From the IMG/VR virus record IMGVR_UViG_3300032335_000575: a stretch of DNA of 64,000 nucleotides; one strand, written 5' to 3'. Positions 1 through 8,668 of this stretch are shown one piece after another. The DNA comes from an uncultured virus (IMG/VR IMGVR_UViG_3300032335_000575) (lineage: Duplodnaviria > Heunggongvirae > Uroviricota > Caudoviricetes). Position 1 is the stretch's first letter. Each line of letters starts with the position of its first letter. Position numbers and translations under genes: made by a program. The notes under the pieces are model-generated. The model ran no database searches. It was not told where the DNA came from and saw nothing but the letters and a program-made list of their open reading frames with translations.

Positions 1-68
1 TAGCGTTCTGTGTATTATGCGCTATACCGCAAGGTAGCCCCGATAAAGTATAGGAGAGAGAGAGAGAG

Positions 69-155
69 ATGATGTGTAATTGGTGCGGTGACTTAATGAA
101 AAAAGGCTTATGGGAAGTCCATAAGTGCCTAGAGCAGAAAGAGGGAGAGATGTAA
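69..155 (+). CDS. 28-aa microprotein, CxxC...HxC (possible Zn finger)
   Basis: Hand-translated MMCNWCGDLMKKGLWEVHKCLEQKEGEM; follows a GA-rich RBS region and ends 1 nt before the next ATG. Confidence 0.4.
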   Translation: MMCNWCGDLMKKGLWEVHKCLEQKEGEM

Positions 156-156
156 C

Positions 157-570
157 ATGCAGACTTTCCTACCGCTATCTAATTTTAGAGAGAGTGCTAG
201 GGTGCTGGACATGCGCCGATTAGGTAAGCAGAGAGTTGAGGCTTACCAAATTATGAGAGTTCTTAATGGAGAGAGTAAAGGTGGCGGTTGGCGTAACCAC
301 CCTGCCGTTCTCATGTGGAGAGATTACGAGCCCGCCCTTTACGAGTATGGGCGCATAGTTTGTGTTGAGTGGCGAGAGAGAGGTTACAAGGACACCCTAC
401 TAGACAAGTTCCCTGTTGAGCCTGTAGTCTATCCTTCATGGCTAGGCGACCCCGACTTTCATAGGTCGCACCAAGCGAACCTAGTTAGGAAGTTTGCAGA
501 ACATTATCGGCAATACTTCCCTGATGTAGATGAAACCTTGCCATACCATTGGCCTATTACTAAGGAGTAA
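157..570 (+). CDS. Pyrimidine dimer DNA glycosylase / MSMEG_6728 family protein
   Basis: MQTFLP...LDxRRLGKQRVEA, WRNHPAVLMW and PSWLGD..FHRSHQANLVRK motifs. Confidence 0.85.
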   Translation: MQTFLPLSNFRESARVLDMRRLGKQRVEAYQIMRVLNGESKGGGWRNHPAVLMWRDYEPALYEYGRIVCVEWRERGYKDTLLDKFPVEPVVYPSWLGDPDFHRSHQANLVRKFAEHYRQYFPDVDETLPYHWPITKE

Positions 571-573
571 CAA

Positions 574-861
574 GTGGGTAAAAAAGTAAATGTAGTATTT
601 GACGCAACACTAAAGAAGAACCCTGAAAAAGGTGGCGCATGGTTAGCCCGCGTTACTACTTATGATGAGGGTATCGACGAAGGTAATGTAATTGTAACAA
701 CCGCATGGTCTAACGCGAGCGCAGGTAAGCGTTGGATTAAAGAGATGGTTATCAAGATGACCACACGCAAGTCTGTAAAAATGGGCCCAGGAGCTACGCT
801 TGACGCGAAGGGAAAACCGACAGAGTTTGCAGGACAAGTTATATTTAAGAGAGAGATTTAA
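574..861 (+). CDS. hypothetical protein
   Basis: AAGGAG RBS, GTG start, operonic position. Confidence 0.7.
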   Translation: MGKKVNVVFDATLKKNPEKGGAWLARVTTYDEGIDEGNVIVTTAWSNASAGKRWIKEMVIKMTTRKSVKMGPGATLDAKGKPTEFAGQVIFKREI

Positions 862-869
862 TTACTTAA

Positions 870-995
870 ATGTCTACTTTTAACTATTCTTTTGACCCTA
901 TTGTCCCTAACGGCGATTGGAACATATCTTCACCAGTTGAAGAGAGTGAAGAAGAGTTTGAAGAGTTTGAGTTAGACAACGACGATGAAGATTAA
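870..995 (+). CDS. 41-aa acidic microprotein
   Basis: Hand-translated MSTFNYSFDPIVPNGDWNISSPVEESEEEFEEFELDNDDED; fills the gap between genes. Confidence 0.55.
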   Translation: MSTFNYSFDPIVPNGDWNISSPVEESEEEFEEFELDNDDED

Positions 996-1137
996 TATAA
1001 GTAACTACGAAGTTCTAATAGAGTTACATAAGAGACGCAGGACTACAGAAATGGTGGCTTGCTATCACTGCGGTAGGTCTTTCCTAATTGCTAAACAACA
1101 AAAGAGAGTATATAATTTCTGTAATAGTTGTGGTTAG
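985..1137 (+). CDS. 50-aa Zn-ribbon microprotein
   Basis: Hand-translated ...VACYHCGRSF...NFCNSCG, two CxxC motifs. Confidence 0.55.
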   Translation: MKINISNYEVLIELHKRRRTTEMVACYHCGRSFLIAKQQKRVYNFCNSCG

Positions 1138-1143
1138 GATTTA

Positions 1144-1208
1144 ATAGCGCAGGGTGTCCTTAACTCCCTTGATTATGGTTTCCGTCCCTTCGCCGTAATC
1201 AGCGCTAT
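1144..1208 (+). ncRNA. candidate structured small RNA: closing stem plus two hairpins with C/U-rich loops
   Basis: ATAGCGC/GCGCTAT closing stem, AGGG/CCCT and TGATTATGG/CCGTAATCA hairpins, TAGGAT -10-like box at 1135-1140. Confidence 0.45.
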
Positions 1209-1213
1209 AGCAT

Positions 1214-1258
1214 AAAGAAAGCCCCCCTAGTTCGGGTCTAGGGGGGCTCTCTACTTTA
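1214..1258. terminator. bidirectional intrinsic terminator at the strand convergence
   Basis: AGCCCCCCTAG-ttcgggt-CTAGGGGGGCT, flanked by A-rich and T-rich tracts. Confidence 0.85.
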
Positions 1259-1263
1259 TATAT

Positions 1264-3300
1264 TTAATTATCTTTTATTGGCACTTCGCAGAAGTCCGTT
1301 GAGCAGTATTTCTCACCGATTGCATCGGCTGCCATTCCTGCATAGACATCAGTAAAGTCGATAGGCAGTAACTTCATAGTAGATTTTTCGTATTCTTCTT
1401 TAGTTATCTGTGTGTATGGCATCTGTGGGTAAGTCTCGTTCCCCATAGGTAAGAAAGAAACGGTTTTGAGTTGCCCATCAAACATATGTAGCACTGTTCC
1501 TACGGCGTCTTTTTCAGTATTTGCATTAAATGATACTGTAACGCTAACGCTGTTGTCTGACCAATAACGCTGTGCCATCGCTGCGAGAGACATCTTCTCG
1601 TAAATAGAGACATCCTTTTCCGACCTTTTTGCAGAGGACTTAATAGGGAAGAACACCACGCTAGTAGTCTTAGGAGATTCCGAAGCTTTTTCTACTTTAT
1701 AACCTGACGCCTTAAAGAGAGGAAGCATAGGGTCATCGTTTCCAAAGCGGATTGCACGAAGGAAATACTCACCACCAGGAGTCCAATGCACCCCAGGAGA
1801 TTCACCAGCAAGGATAGATACTGTTCCTGATGGCTTGACTGTCGTAGTCTTAATAGATTCGCGGATACCTAACCACTCGGAGTATGTGCGGTCGTAGTTT
1901 TGGATAACTGCGTATCCCTCGTCCATCCACACACGAAGAGTTGGTAGCCCTACGCGGTCTGCAAAGTTGGCTACACCAGACATAGAAGTTCCAATGCGAC
2001 GATTGCGTTGCATGATTGCGTTAGTTTCTTCCCAGTGGGTAGGTAGCAATGTGACGGTCTTCGCGTAAAGGTAAGCAAACTTCAATGTGCGCTTGTAATC
2101 TTCTATAGAGTCATGGCGGTTGAGGTAGGTTTCAACCAGAGTGCAACACTCAAATGATTCCAAAGACTGTTCCGCGCATGGGTTGTAACCAGCGGCTCGA
2201 TGGTCTTTATTATTGATTGGGTCAATAAGGCGACCATACTGACGAGTAACATCCATCCAGATAACACCAGGCTCACCGTTCAGGGCAATACCCTCAACAA
2301 TGTGTTCTAAATTAGAACCTACTGATACCTCAACGGAGTTGTTAGACATCCAGGCCCAACCAGGAGCTGAGCTGTCGTATGAGTTGCGCTCTGGGAACTT
2401 GGCAGGGTTCTTTAAATTTAAAAAGGTTTGGTCATCTAATCTACCCATGAGTAGCTCGGCTGAGCGGCGGACGTTGCCAGAGACAACGCACACACCGATT
2501 AAATTACCTAAATCGGCAATATCCACTCTTGTTAATTTAGAATTGGCCCTTTTCTTGTTGAAGATAGAGCGAACGTGATTGTGCAGCTTCTCCAGCGGCT
2601 CGTGGCCCGCGGCCGTGCCTCCGAAAGTCTTGATGGGAACACCTGCTGGACGGATTAGGGAGTAATCAAATACATACACAGGCTGTTCTGGTTTTAAGTA
2701 GGAGTTGATGAGCATACTGACTGACTCAACCCAGCCCTCACGGGTATCTGGAATCTGGATGGTTACTTCTGGCAACTTAGGCTCGTAGATTGTGAAGTCC
2801 TTGTCCGCACCCTTGTCGTCAAAGCCAACACCTACGCCCAACATTGATGCTTCCATTAGAAAAGCAAACGGCTTGGCGGGGTCTAATTTAGACATGCTAG
2901 AAGTAGAGACAAAAGCACAGTTCTGCAGTGCTGCTGAGTTCTTGAGCTCATTGACAAGCGGGGTGCCCATAACCCACAGACCTCGGCCTGGTGGAGTCCA
3001 CTTTAAATTAAACAAACGGTCAAAGGCTTCCTTAGCCGAAGCCTGGGCCCTGGAGTCATTCCAGGGTAAACGCTGAGACTTGCAGTGGTCTTTCTGGATG
3101 GAATACATACCCTCGATTACTCGCTGGCAAACATCTGTCCAAGTTTCCTTTTCCCCATTTTCTTTTAATCGGGAGTAGGTTCTTAAAAAGGTAATTTCGC
3201 CAACTGAGTTACCAGCGGCATCTTGGTATCCCCAAGGCACTTTCTTTTCGCGGTAGTCCTTTAAAAAATCTTCTGCTAGGCGAAAAGTTAATGCCATCAT
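1264..3300 (-). CDS. nrdJ: Class II (adenosylcobalamin-dependent) monomeric ribonucleotide reductase
   Basis: TPPGRGLW, NCAF, GVGVG, SGNVRRSA, NPCAEQ, TVKPSGT and C-terminal CSTDFC redox motif. Confidence 0.95.
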   Translation of the reverse strand: MMALTFRLAEDFLKDYREKKVPWGYQDAAGNSVGEITFLRTYSRLKENGEKETWTDVCQRVIEGMYSIQKDHCKSQRLPWNDSRAQASAKEAFDRLFNLKWTPPGRGLWVMGTPLVNELKNSAALQNCAFVSTSSMSKLDPAKPFAFLMEASMLGVGVGFDDKGADKDFTIYEPKLPEVTIQIPDTREGWVESVSMLINSYLKPEQPVYVFDYSLIRPAGVPIKTFGGTAAGHEPLEKLHNHVRSIFNKKRANSKLTRVDIADLGNLIGVCVVSGNVRRSAELLMGRLDDQTFLNLKNPAKFPERNSYDSSAPGWAWMSNNSVEVSVGSNLEHIVEGIALNGEPGVIWMDVTRQYGRLIDPINNKDHRAAGYNPCAEQSLESFECCTLVETYLNRHDSIEDYKRTLKFAYLYAKTVTLLPTHWEETNAIMQRNRRIGTSMSGVANFADRVGLPTLRVWMDEGYAVIQNYDRTYSEWLGIRESIKTTTVKPSGTVSILAGESPGVHWTPGGEYFLRAIRFGNDDPMLPLFKASGYKVEKASESPKTTSVVFFPIKSSAKRSEKDVSIYEKMSLAAMAQRYWSDNSVSVTVSFNANTEKDAVGTVLHMFDGQLKTVSFLPMGNETYPQMPYTQITKEEYEKSTMKLLPIDFTDVYAGMAADAIGEKYCSTDFCEVPIKDN

Positions 3301-3410
3301 AGTCTCCTCTTGTTTAAGTGAACGTATAGTTTATACGTGCGTTACATCTGTTTTGGAACTAACCCTGTTCCAGGGTGTTGCTAAGGTCTCTTATATGATA
3401 ATAGGAAATC

Positions 3411-4877
3411 CTATTCTTCTATAGCGCCCTTGATTATTTCCGTAGTTTGAGCCTCGTTGAACCCACCATTTGGTAACTCTTTTAGGGCTTGAGCCTTGTC
3501 TCCGAAGATAGAACTTAGCACACCAGCAGAGCCTTGTCGCTCTACAGTCATGCGAATAAACTCACGTGAGTCGTCCAACTCCTTGGTTGTTTTAATCAAT
3601 TTAAATAGGCGGTCTATCTCCTGAGAAACGTTGGGGTCAGCGTATCCACCGTTCATTTCTTCAGCAAAACGCATGAAAGCAACACGTTGTCCCTGCATTT
3701 CGATGATTGCATTAATCAAACTCTTGAGTTGGTCTTTAGTCTTTACTTCGATTGGTAACTTAAAAGCACAGGCAGATTGGGGCTTGAAAGCAGGGCAGTT
3801 AGCGGCTACAAAACATGTGTCGCATGCACGAAGTGAGGTCTGTTGAGAACTAACTGCGGTGACATCTTTGATGGTGCCATCTTCGTCAATTTCGGTCTTT
3901 GTATTGAATCCAAAGACTGGAAGATTGCCCATTTCGGCGGGATTTCGCGGCTCAAGTTTCCGCATATCTACCCCCCTATTATCATATACGGCAGGAGCAC
4001 TTTCCCCACTTTGCTCCACTTCACTCCCATCACTGTTATCATATAACATTGGGTCTTCTGGATTACCGCTTATCATATTCATCCTTACTTCAAACTGTTC
4101 GTAAGACCACACGGCTAACTTAGCAACTTCTTGCGGGTCATCCTCAAGAATCTTATCTATATCTAAGCCAGCCTTTTCGTAGGTAGCCTTGTATCTAGAA
4201 CGTGCTTGGTCTTTCATCTTCTTGGGGTAGCGGACAAGCCTAGTGCCATCCCAAATAATAGTCTCACCATGCATCATGGGCGATAACCACGACAAGGTGC
4301 TTGCGGAGTCAAACGGAACTTGACGCAGGTTATCTGGCTTAGCGCATCCTAGCGCATGCCAGCGGGTTCCCTGACGCTTGCTATGGATACGTGTAGCGCT
4401 TGCCAACTGGGTCTCTGACTCAATTGCGTCGCCTGGGATAGCCACATCTAGGTAATACTCAACTAGGTTCTTTAAGCCGTCGTAGCCTGTCTGTGGCTGC
4501 CATACAGGCACGAACTTAGCAGGTGGGACCTCTGACCACACATCTTTGCGTTGTTGGTCTATGAACTCTGGGTCAATCCCATAGCCATTAATTTCATAAA
4601 AGGTGGTAAGCCTGTCCATATTTACAGCCACAAAGTGCTCGTAACCAGCTGCAAACTCTTCTAGCTCAGCTGGGCCCAGCTTCAGAGTCTTTGGTAGGCC
4701 AGGGGATACATAAATATAGAAATCCTTATTAAAGTAGTTTTCTAATAGATACTCTTTGGTCTTTGGTAGGCCGCGTTGCACCAGGCGGTAGTAGCTTACT
4801 CCCACATGATTGGCGGTAGTCTCCTCAAGGATTACTCTATTTGAAGGAACCTCAGCACCTAAATAAATAATCTTCAT
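3411..4877 (-). CDS. TGT/DpdA-like TIM-barrel protein (apparently degenerate) with Cys-rich C-terminal domain
   Basis: VSYY, PVW, HALG...PFDSASTLSW..HG pattern resembles phage transglycosylase-fold proteins; CDTCx5CPx7C cluster. Confidence 0.5.
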   Translation of the reverse strand: MKIIYLGAEVPSNRVILEETTANHVGVSYYRLVQRGLPKTKEYLLENYFNKDFYIYVSPGLPKTLKLGPAELEEFAAGYEHFVAVNMDRLTTFYEINGYGIDPEFIDQQRKDVWSEVPPAKFVPVWQPQTGYDGLKNLVEYYLDVAIPGDAIESETQLASATRIHSKRQGTRWHALGCAKPDNLRQVPFDSASTLSWLSPMMHGETIIWDGTRLVRYPKKMKDQARSRYKATYEKAGLDIDKILEDDPQEVAKLAVWSYEQFEVRMNMISGNPEDPMLYDNSDGSEVEQSGESAPAVYDNRGVDMRKLEPRNPAEMGNLPVFGFNTKTEIDEDGTIKDVTAVSSQQTSLRACDTCFVAANCPAFKPQSACAFKLPIEVKTKDQLKSLINAIIEMQGQRVAFMRFAEEMNGGYADPNVSQEIDRLFKLIKTTKELDDSREFIRMTVERQGSAGVLSSIFGDKAQALKELPNGGFNEAQTTEIIKGAIEE

Positions 4878-4984
4878 TCACGGCCCCAGGTATGCCCACA
4901 CTTGGAACATAACCAGGCTTTGTCTCCAACATACTCCAAAGTTTTGGAGTCACATCCTTGTGGACATTTTGGTGTATCGGTCAT
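4874..4984 (-). CDS. 36-aa Zn-ribbon microprotein
   Basis: Hand-translated MTDTPKCPQGCDSKTLEYVGDKAWLCSKCGHTWGRE; ATGA overlaps at both ends. Confidence 0.75.
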   Translation of the reverse strand: MTDTPKCPQGCDSKTLEYVGDKAWLCSKCGHTWGRE

Positions 4985-5442
4985 ATCCGTGGGTCCTCCT
5001 TATATGCGGCGTTCTGTGAGTCTATCTCTTCTACAATCTTTTGCCAAGACTTGACACCCTTTCGGCTATCGGGTCTGAACTCTTCCCTAATGTAGACAGG
5101 GGACATAAATACTAAGGTAGTAATACCAACAGACAATAACTTAACAGTCAAATCGGGGTCAGAAGTAATAACTAACTCTACTGGGCCTTGGCTTTTAATC
5201 CACTCCACCAGTCTAAAGTCTGCGTTGTCACCAAGTGCGGGGACGTTGGTTTTATCTACAACGTCGTCAATATTGTTAATTCGTTGTTGGCGAAGCCAAT
5301 GGTCGCCCTTTGTAACATCATCACAAAGGATTAAAACACGGTGTTTTTCTTTAAGTGTTCTATATAAAGACATGCCGTCTTGAATGGGGCCACCAAGCCT
5401 AGTATCTTTTAATACCCCATCTAGAAAAACTAATATTGCCAC
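4981..5442 (-). CDS. HAD-superfamily-like protein
   Basis: N-terminal LVFLDGVL resembles HAD motif I, but the first Asp of DxD is missing. Confidence 0.5.
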   Translation of the reverse strand: MAILVFLDGVLKDTRLGGPIQDGMSLYRTLKEKHRVLILCDDVTKGDHWLRQQRINNIDDVVDKTNVPALGDNADFRLVEWIKSQGPVELVITSDPDLTVKLLSVGITTLVFMSPVYIREEFRPDSRKGVKSWQKIVEEIDSQNAAYKEDPRI

Positions 5443-5454
5443 GTATATACCCTA

Positions 5455-6387
5455 TCAGTTGTAGTGTGTAGCCGCTCTCCTTATTAGAGTGCTAGTTGTT
5501 GGTAGTTCCATACCATAAGTCTGTGCTTCAAAATCTTGTTTTGTTTTTTTAGAAATTTCTTTTAGTTCTTTTAGTGCTTGTACGACTCCGCTTGCTTTTC
5601 CTGACTGCCAGCGATAATTATATACATCTCCATAACCCTGTCCACTAGGGCTAAACGCGTGTTTTCTTCCTTGATGGATGTCTTCAAATAAAGCAGCTCC
5701 CTGCTCTACAGCTAGCTTTAATGCAGCTTCAGCATTGCGTCTAGCAACATCCGTAGAAGCAGCACCTATATTAGATAAGGCTTCTGAGTATCTAGATAAA
5801 ATATCTACAGCTAGGGACTTATCCTGAGCTACACGGCGGTCCCATTGTTTATTATTAGGAACAGCTTTAACTTCAGGTTGCACAGTCCAATCGTCATTTG
5901 TCAGTGAGTAAGCTGCGTACGGCTTTATTGTACGAATGTCAGACTGCACATTAACATAGAACGTCAATTCAAATATATCCAGGAAGTTTCCAGTAACTGG
6001 GTGCAATTCCGTATTAAAACCCTCGTTGAACATCTGGGAAATCTCACGGTCACTTAGACCTTTATACTTTGGATTAGCCTGACGAAACGCTAGGTAGTTA
6101 ACTCCAATTAGGCAATCAAGGTCTGCTGGTTTTCTTGCTGCTGTCCATTGATAAGAAACTGCAGAACCAGCTAACCACACATGTACGTATGATTCTGGGT
6201 TGCTGTAGCGGGCTCTTAAATGCTCAAGAAGGATTCTATAAATTAAAGAACGGATATGGGGAATAATCTTTCCGTCTCTAAACAGACGGGGGTCCAACCC
6301 AGCACCTGGGGTGCTGAAGTAGGAAGTCTCGGAGGGCTCTATAGTGACTGGCTTAGCCTGCTTCACCAGCGCGTCATAGAAGTTCAT
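5455..6387 (-). CDS. Pol-beta-superfamily nucleotidyltransferase
   Basis: hhGS (WLAGS)...DLD motif, ELTFYV third acidic residue, AYSLxxDxW. Confidence 0.8.
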   Translation of the reverse strand: MNFYDALVKQAKPVTIEPSETSYFSTPGAGLDPRLFRDGKIIPHIRSLIYRILLEHLRARYSNPESYVHVWLAGSAVSYQWTAARKPADLDCLIGVNYLAFRQANPKYKGLSDREISQMFNEGFNTELHPVTGNFLDIFELTFYVNVQSDIRTIKPYAAYSLTNDDWTVQPEVKAVPNNKQWDRRVAQDKSLAVDILSRYSEALSNIGAASTDVARRNAEAALKLAVEQGAALFEDIHQGRKHAFSPSGQGYGDVYNYRWQSGKASGVVQALKELKEISKKTKQDFEAQTYGMELPTTSTLIRRAATHYN

Positions 6388-6394
6388 CTAGGTA

Positions 6395-6619
6395 TTATAG
6401 TTCTTTTTCTTTTTTCTCTTTGTGCATAACATCGGTTTCGAACTCAAATTTACGGTGCTTTTCTGGGGTATCGGTCTTTATTGGGTTCATATAGCCACAT
6501 TGTTGATGCGCGGAAACAAACTGCTGCGCCCACATAATCACTAGAGCCTCATTTGCAACTTCTTGCACATCTGCTTGGAACGACGCCATGCAATTGCATG
6601 ACATTTCTATGAACGCCAT
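6395..6619 (-). CDS. hypothetical protein (CxC...HxxC)
   Basis: ORF with AAGGGG RBS. Confidence 0.7.
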   Translation of the reverse strand: MAFIEMSCNCMASFQADVQEVANEALVIMWAQQFVSAHQQCGYMNPIKTDTPEKHRKFEFETDVMHKEKKEKEL

Positions 6620-6640
6620 AGGAACACCCCTTAACTGTAT

Positions 6641-6967
6641 TTACAGTATATCGCGCTCCTGCAGTGCTTGTTTGATTGAACTAGCAACGGAATCGTCACT
6701 ATCTTCCACAATAGGCTTCAAAAGTGCCATAACTTGATAAGCAATAGCGCTCTGCATCATGCTATCAACAATGTCCTGACACCCATGCTTGATGTCGTCA
6801 ACTGTAGCTTCACGTTCAACAGTAATAGTAGTAGATAGGTCAGCTGTTGCATACCAATCGTTGTTGCCCTGCTTAATAATAATAAAAGCTGTTTGTGCGT
6901 CAGGTTCCGCAGGAGTGTTCTCTGCAATAGTTTCAATAACCTGTGCGTCTTCAATATTTTCGGTCAA
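6641..6967 (-). CDS. hypothetical acidic protein
   Basis: TTG start overlapping the upstream stop, GAGAGG RBS. Confidence 0.7.
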   Translation of the reverse strand: MTENIEDAQVIETIAENTPAEPDAQTAFIIIKQGNNDWYATADLSTTITVEREATVDDIKHGCQDIVDSMMQSAIAYQVMALLKPIVEDSDDSVASSIKQALQERDIL

Positions 6968-7521
6968 TTGTATAGTCCTCTCGCTTGGTAAGCACGTTTT
7001 TGGTTGTACATTTTAACAGGGCAAAAATCACATAGGTGAATCTTTGCGTTTGTTGCTTTTAGCCCTGCTTCTAGACGGTCTTTTGCTGTATCTGGTTTTA
7101 GTTCTTTGCGGTCTGACTTATAGTCAGGGCACTGTCCCTTAGGACGGTTATGGATAGCGTAACACTTCATCGCATCTGAGGAATAGGTGTCTTTTACGTT
7201 ATAGAAATTAGTGCCAAGGATGTCTAGCCCCTTAGAGCCACCACCTAGTATCTGTTCCTTAATCTGATTAAGGATACTTTCTTTAAGACTTGGGTTACCC
7301 ATCCATGCAACTGTTAAACAGTCACTAAGGACACCAAAGTGCCCTTGACGCTCGCAGTCGCCAATATACATTTGAATAAATGGATTATCAGATTGGTCAT
7401 AACGACCCTCACCTAATGACTTACCAGTCTTGGTGTATGGAATTTCTTGGATAGTTTTACACTGCTTACATACAAGCAAGTTCATTCTATCTGGCTCTAG
7501 CTCGTCAATGTTGTTACCCAT
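6964..7521 (-). CDS. Cys-rich hypothetical protein
   Basis: CKQC, C..H, CxxH, CPDY and CDFC motifs. Confidence 0.75.
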   Translation of the reverse strand: MGNNIDELEPDRMNLLVCKQCKTIQEIPYTKTGKSLGEGRYDQSDNPFIQMYIGDCERQGHFGVLSDCLTVAWMGNPSLKESILNQIKEQILGGGSKGLDILGTNFYNVKDTYSSDAMKCYAIHNRPKGQCPDYKSDRKELKPDTAKDRLEAGLKATNAKIHLCDFCPVKMYNQKRAYQARGLYN

Positions 7522-7538
7522 GACGGTAGCCTATCACA

Positions 7539-8066
7539 CTACTTAGACTTTTTTAAAGCTGCCCTTGCTTTTGACATCTTAGCTTCTTTAGCAGCAAACT
7601 CAGCATCTGAAATCTTTTCGGTTTTCTTACCAGTTACGGTGTCAATTGTGGTCTTACGCTGGGTGCTTGGTCCAAGTTTTGCGGCTACTGCTTCAAGTGG
7701 TGACGGTCCTGTTGATTTTTTTCGGCCCCTTGGTGTTGGGGTAACCTTAGACTTGTCTTGCCCACCAGCTATGGCGTCTGTAATAAGCTTATGACGTCTG
7801 TGGTCTGCTGCGGGGGAATAGTTATTTGGTTTACGAATTGCTGTATTAGGGATAGAAAAGTGACCGCCAGCGTGGATTGCGGTTCCAGCAATATAATTTG
7901 GGTGGTCTTTATCTGCTGATGCGGAAAGGATAGCCCGTTGAGCAGCGTTTTCTTTATCAAACTTAATCATCTTGTGCTCTTTAGGGTTCATTGCCTCTTG
8001 AGCGCTTATCTTAATTTCGCCGTTTGCGTCCCTTGTTCCGCTAAGCTGAAACTCACTAGGGTTCAC
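7539..8066 (-). CDS. basic hypothetical protein
   Basis: Coupled ORF with Lys-rich C-terminus. Confidence 0.7.
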   Translation of the reverse strand: MNPSEFQLSGTRDANGEIKISAQEAMNPKEHKMIKFDKENAAQRAILSASADKDHPNYIAGTAIHAGGHFSIPNTAIRKPNNYSPAADHRRHKLITDAIAGGQDKSKVTPTPRGRKKSTGPSPLEAVAAKLGPSTQRKTTIDTVTGKKTEKISDAEFAAKEAKMSKARAALKKSK

Positions 8067-8245
8067 TTGTTACGCGCCTCAATAATGTCGGCGCCCATTT
8101 TGCGCTCGTAATACTCAGAATCTTCCAACTTAGTTACATTACTAGTTGGACCTGATGACTTATTGCCAAGCTTGTCTAACGCACTACCAAACTTTTGAAA
8201 TTGGCGTACGCTGTCAAACTCACGGCGACGTGGTGTCTTTGCCAT
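8063..8245 (-). CDS. hypothetical protein
   Basis: Tightly packed ORF. Confidence 0.65.
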   Translation of the reverse strand: MAKTPRRREFDSVRQFQKFGSALDKLGNKSSGPTSNVTKLEDSEYYERKMGADIIEARNK

Positions 8246-8246
8246 G

Positions 8247-8456
8247 TTAGTTACCCGCTGGGTTAACCTTAGATTGTTCTTCTGAATTAATAAAACCGTA
8301 GTTCATGTATGGGTGTAGACCTGCGCGGTTCTTAACCACATCTTGGTCGCCCATGCCAGCAGCAACGGTTGTATTAGGACGGCGCTTACGATACTTGCCG
8401 TCTGTTGCACCTTCGGACATATCTCCGTTAAGTGAACGTGATTGATTGACTGCCAT
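8247..8456 (-). CDS. hypothetical protein
   Basis: TAATG coupling. Confidence 0.7.
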   Translation of the reverse strand: MAVNQSRSLNGDMSEGATDGKYRKRRPNTTVAAGMGDQDVVKNRAGLHPYMNYGFINSEEQSKVNPAGN

Positions 8457-8668
8457 TATGACATGCGTCCTTTCACTAATCGATGGGCCTTACGACGATT
8501 GCAGTTTGGGCAAACCTCTTGGTCCCTCAATGATTGTACTGGGTTCATGCTTGAACCACAGGCTTTACAGTTTTTAGTACCGTTATAAATGGTCCCAAGG
8601 CTAACATCTGTGGCTCCAGCCATGCCTTCTCCTGTGCTATCTGTGAATAATCCTGGGTCTTTACTCAT
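8456..8668 (-). CDS. small Zn-finger protein
   Basis: CKAC...CPNC; TAATG coupling. Confidence 0.7.
   Translation of the reverse strand: MSKDPGLFTDSTGEGMAGATDVSLGTIYNGTKNCKACGSSMNPVQSLRDQEVCPNCNRRKAHRLVKGRMS

Noticed and set aside
3301..3410. Cobalamin riboswitch or NrdR box upstream of nrdJ
   Set aside because: No B12-box recognisable, and the palindrome matches the NrdR consensus poorly
3411..4877. Functional 7-deazaguanine DNA modification pathway
   Set aside because: Catalytic Asp motifs appear absent and no preQ0 synthesis genes are in the window; retained only as a degenerate-fold hypothesis
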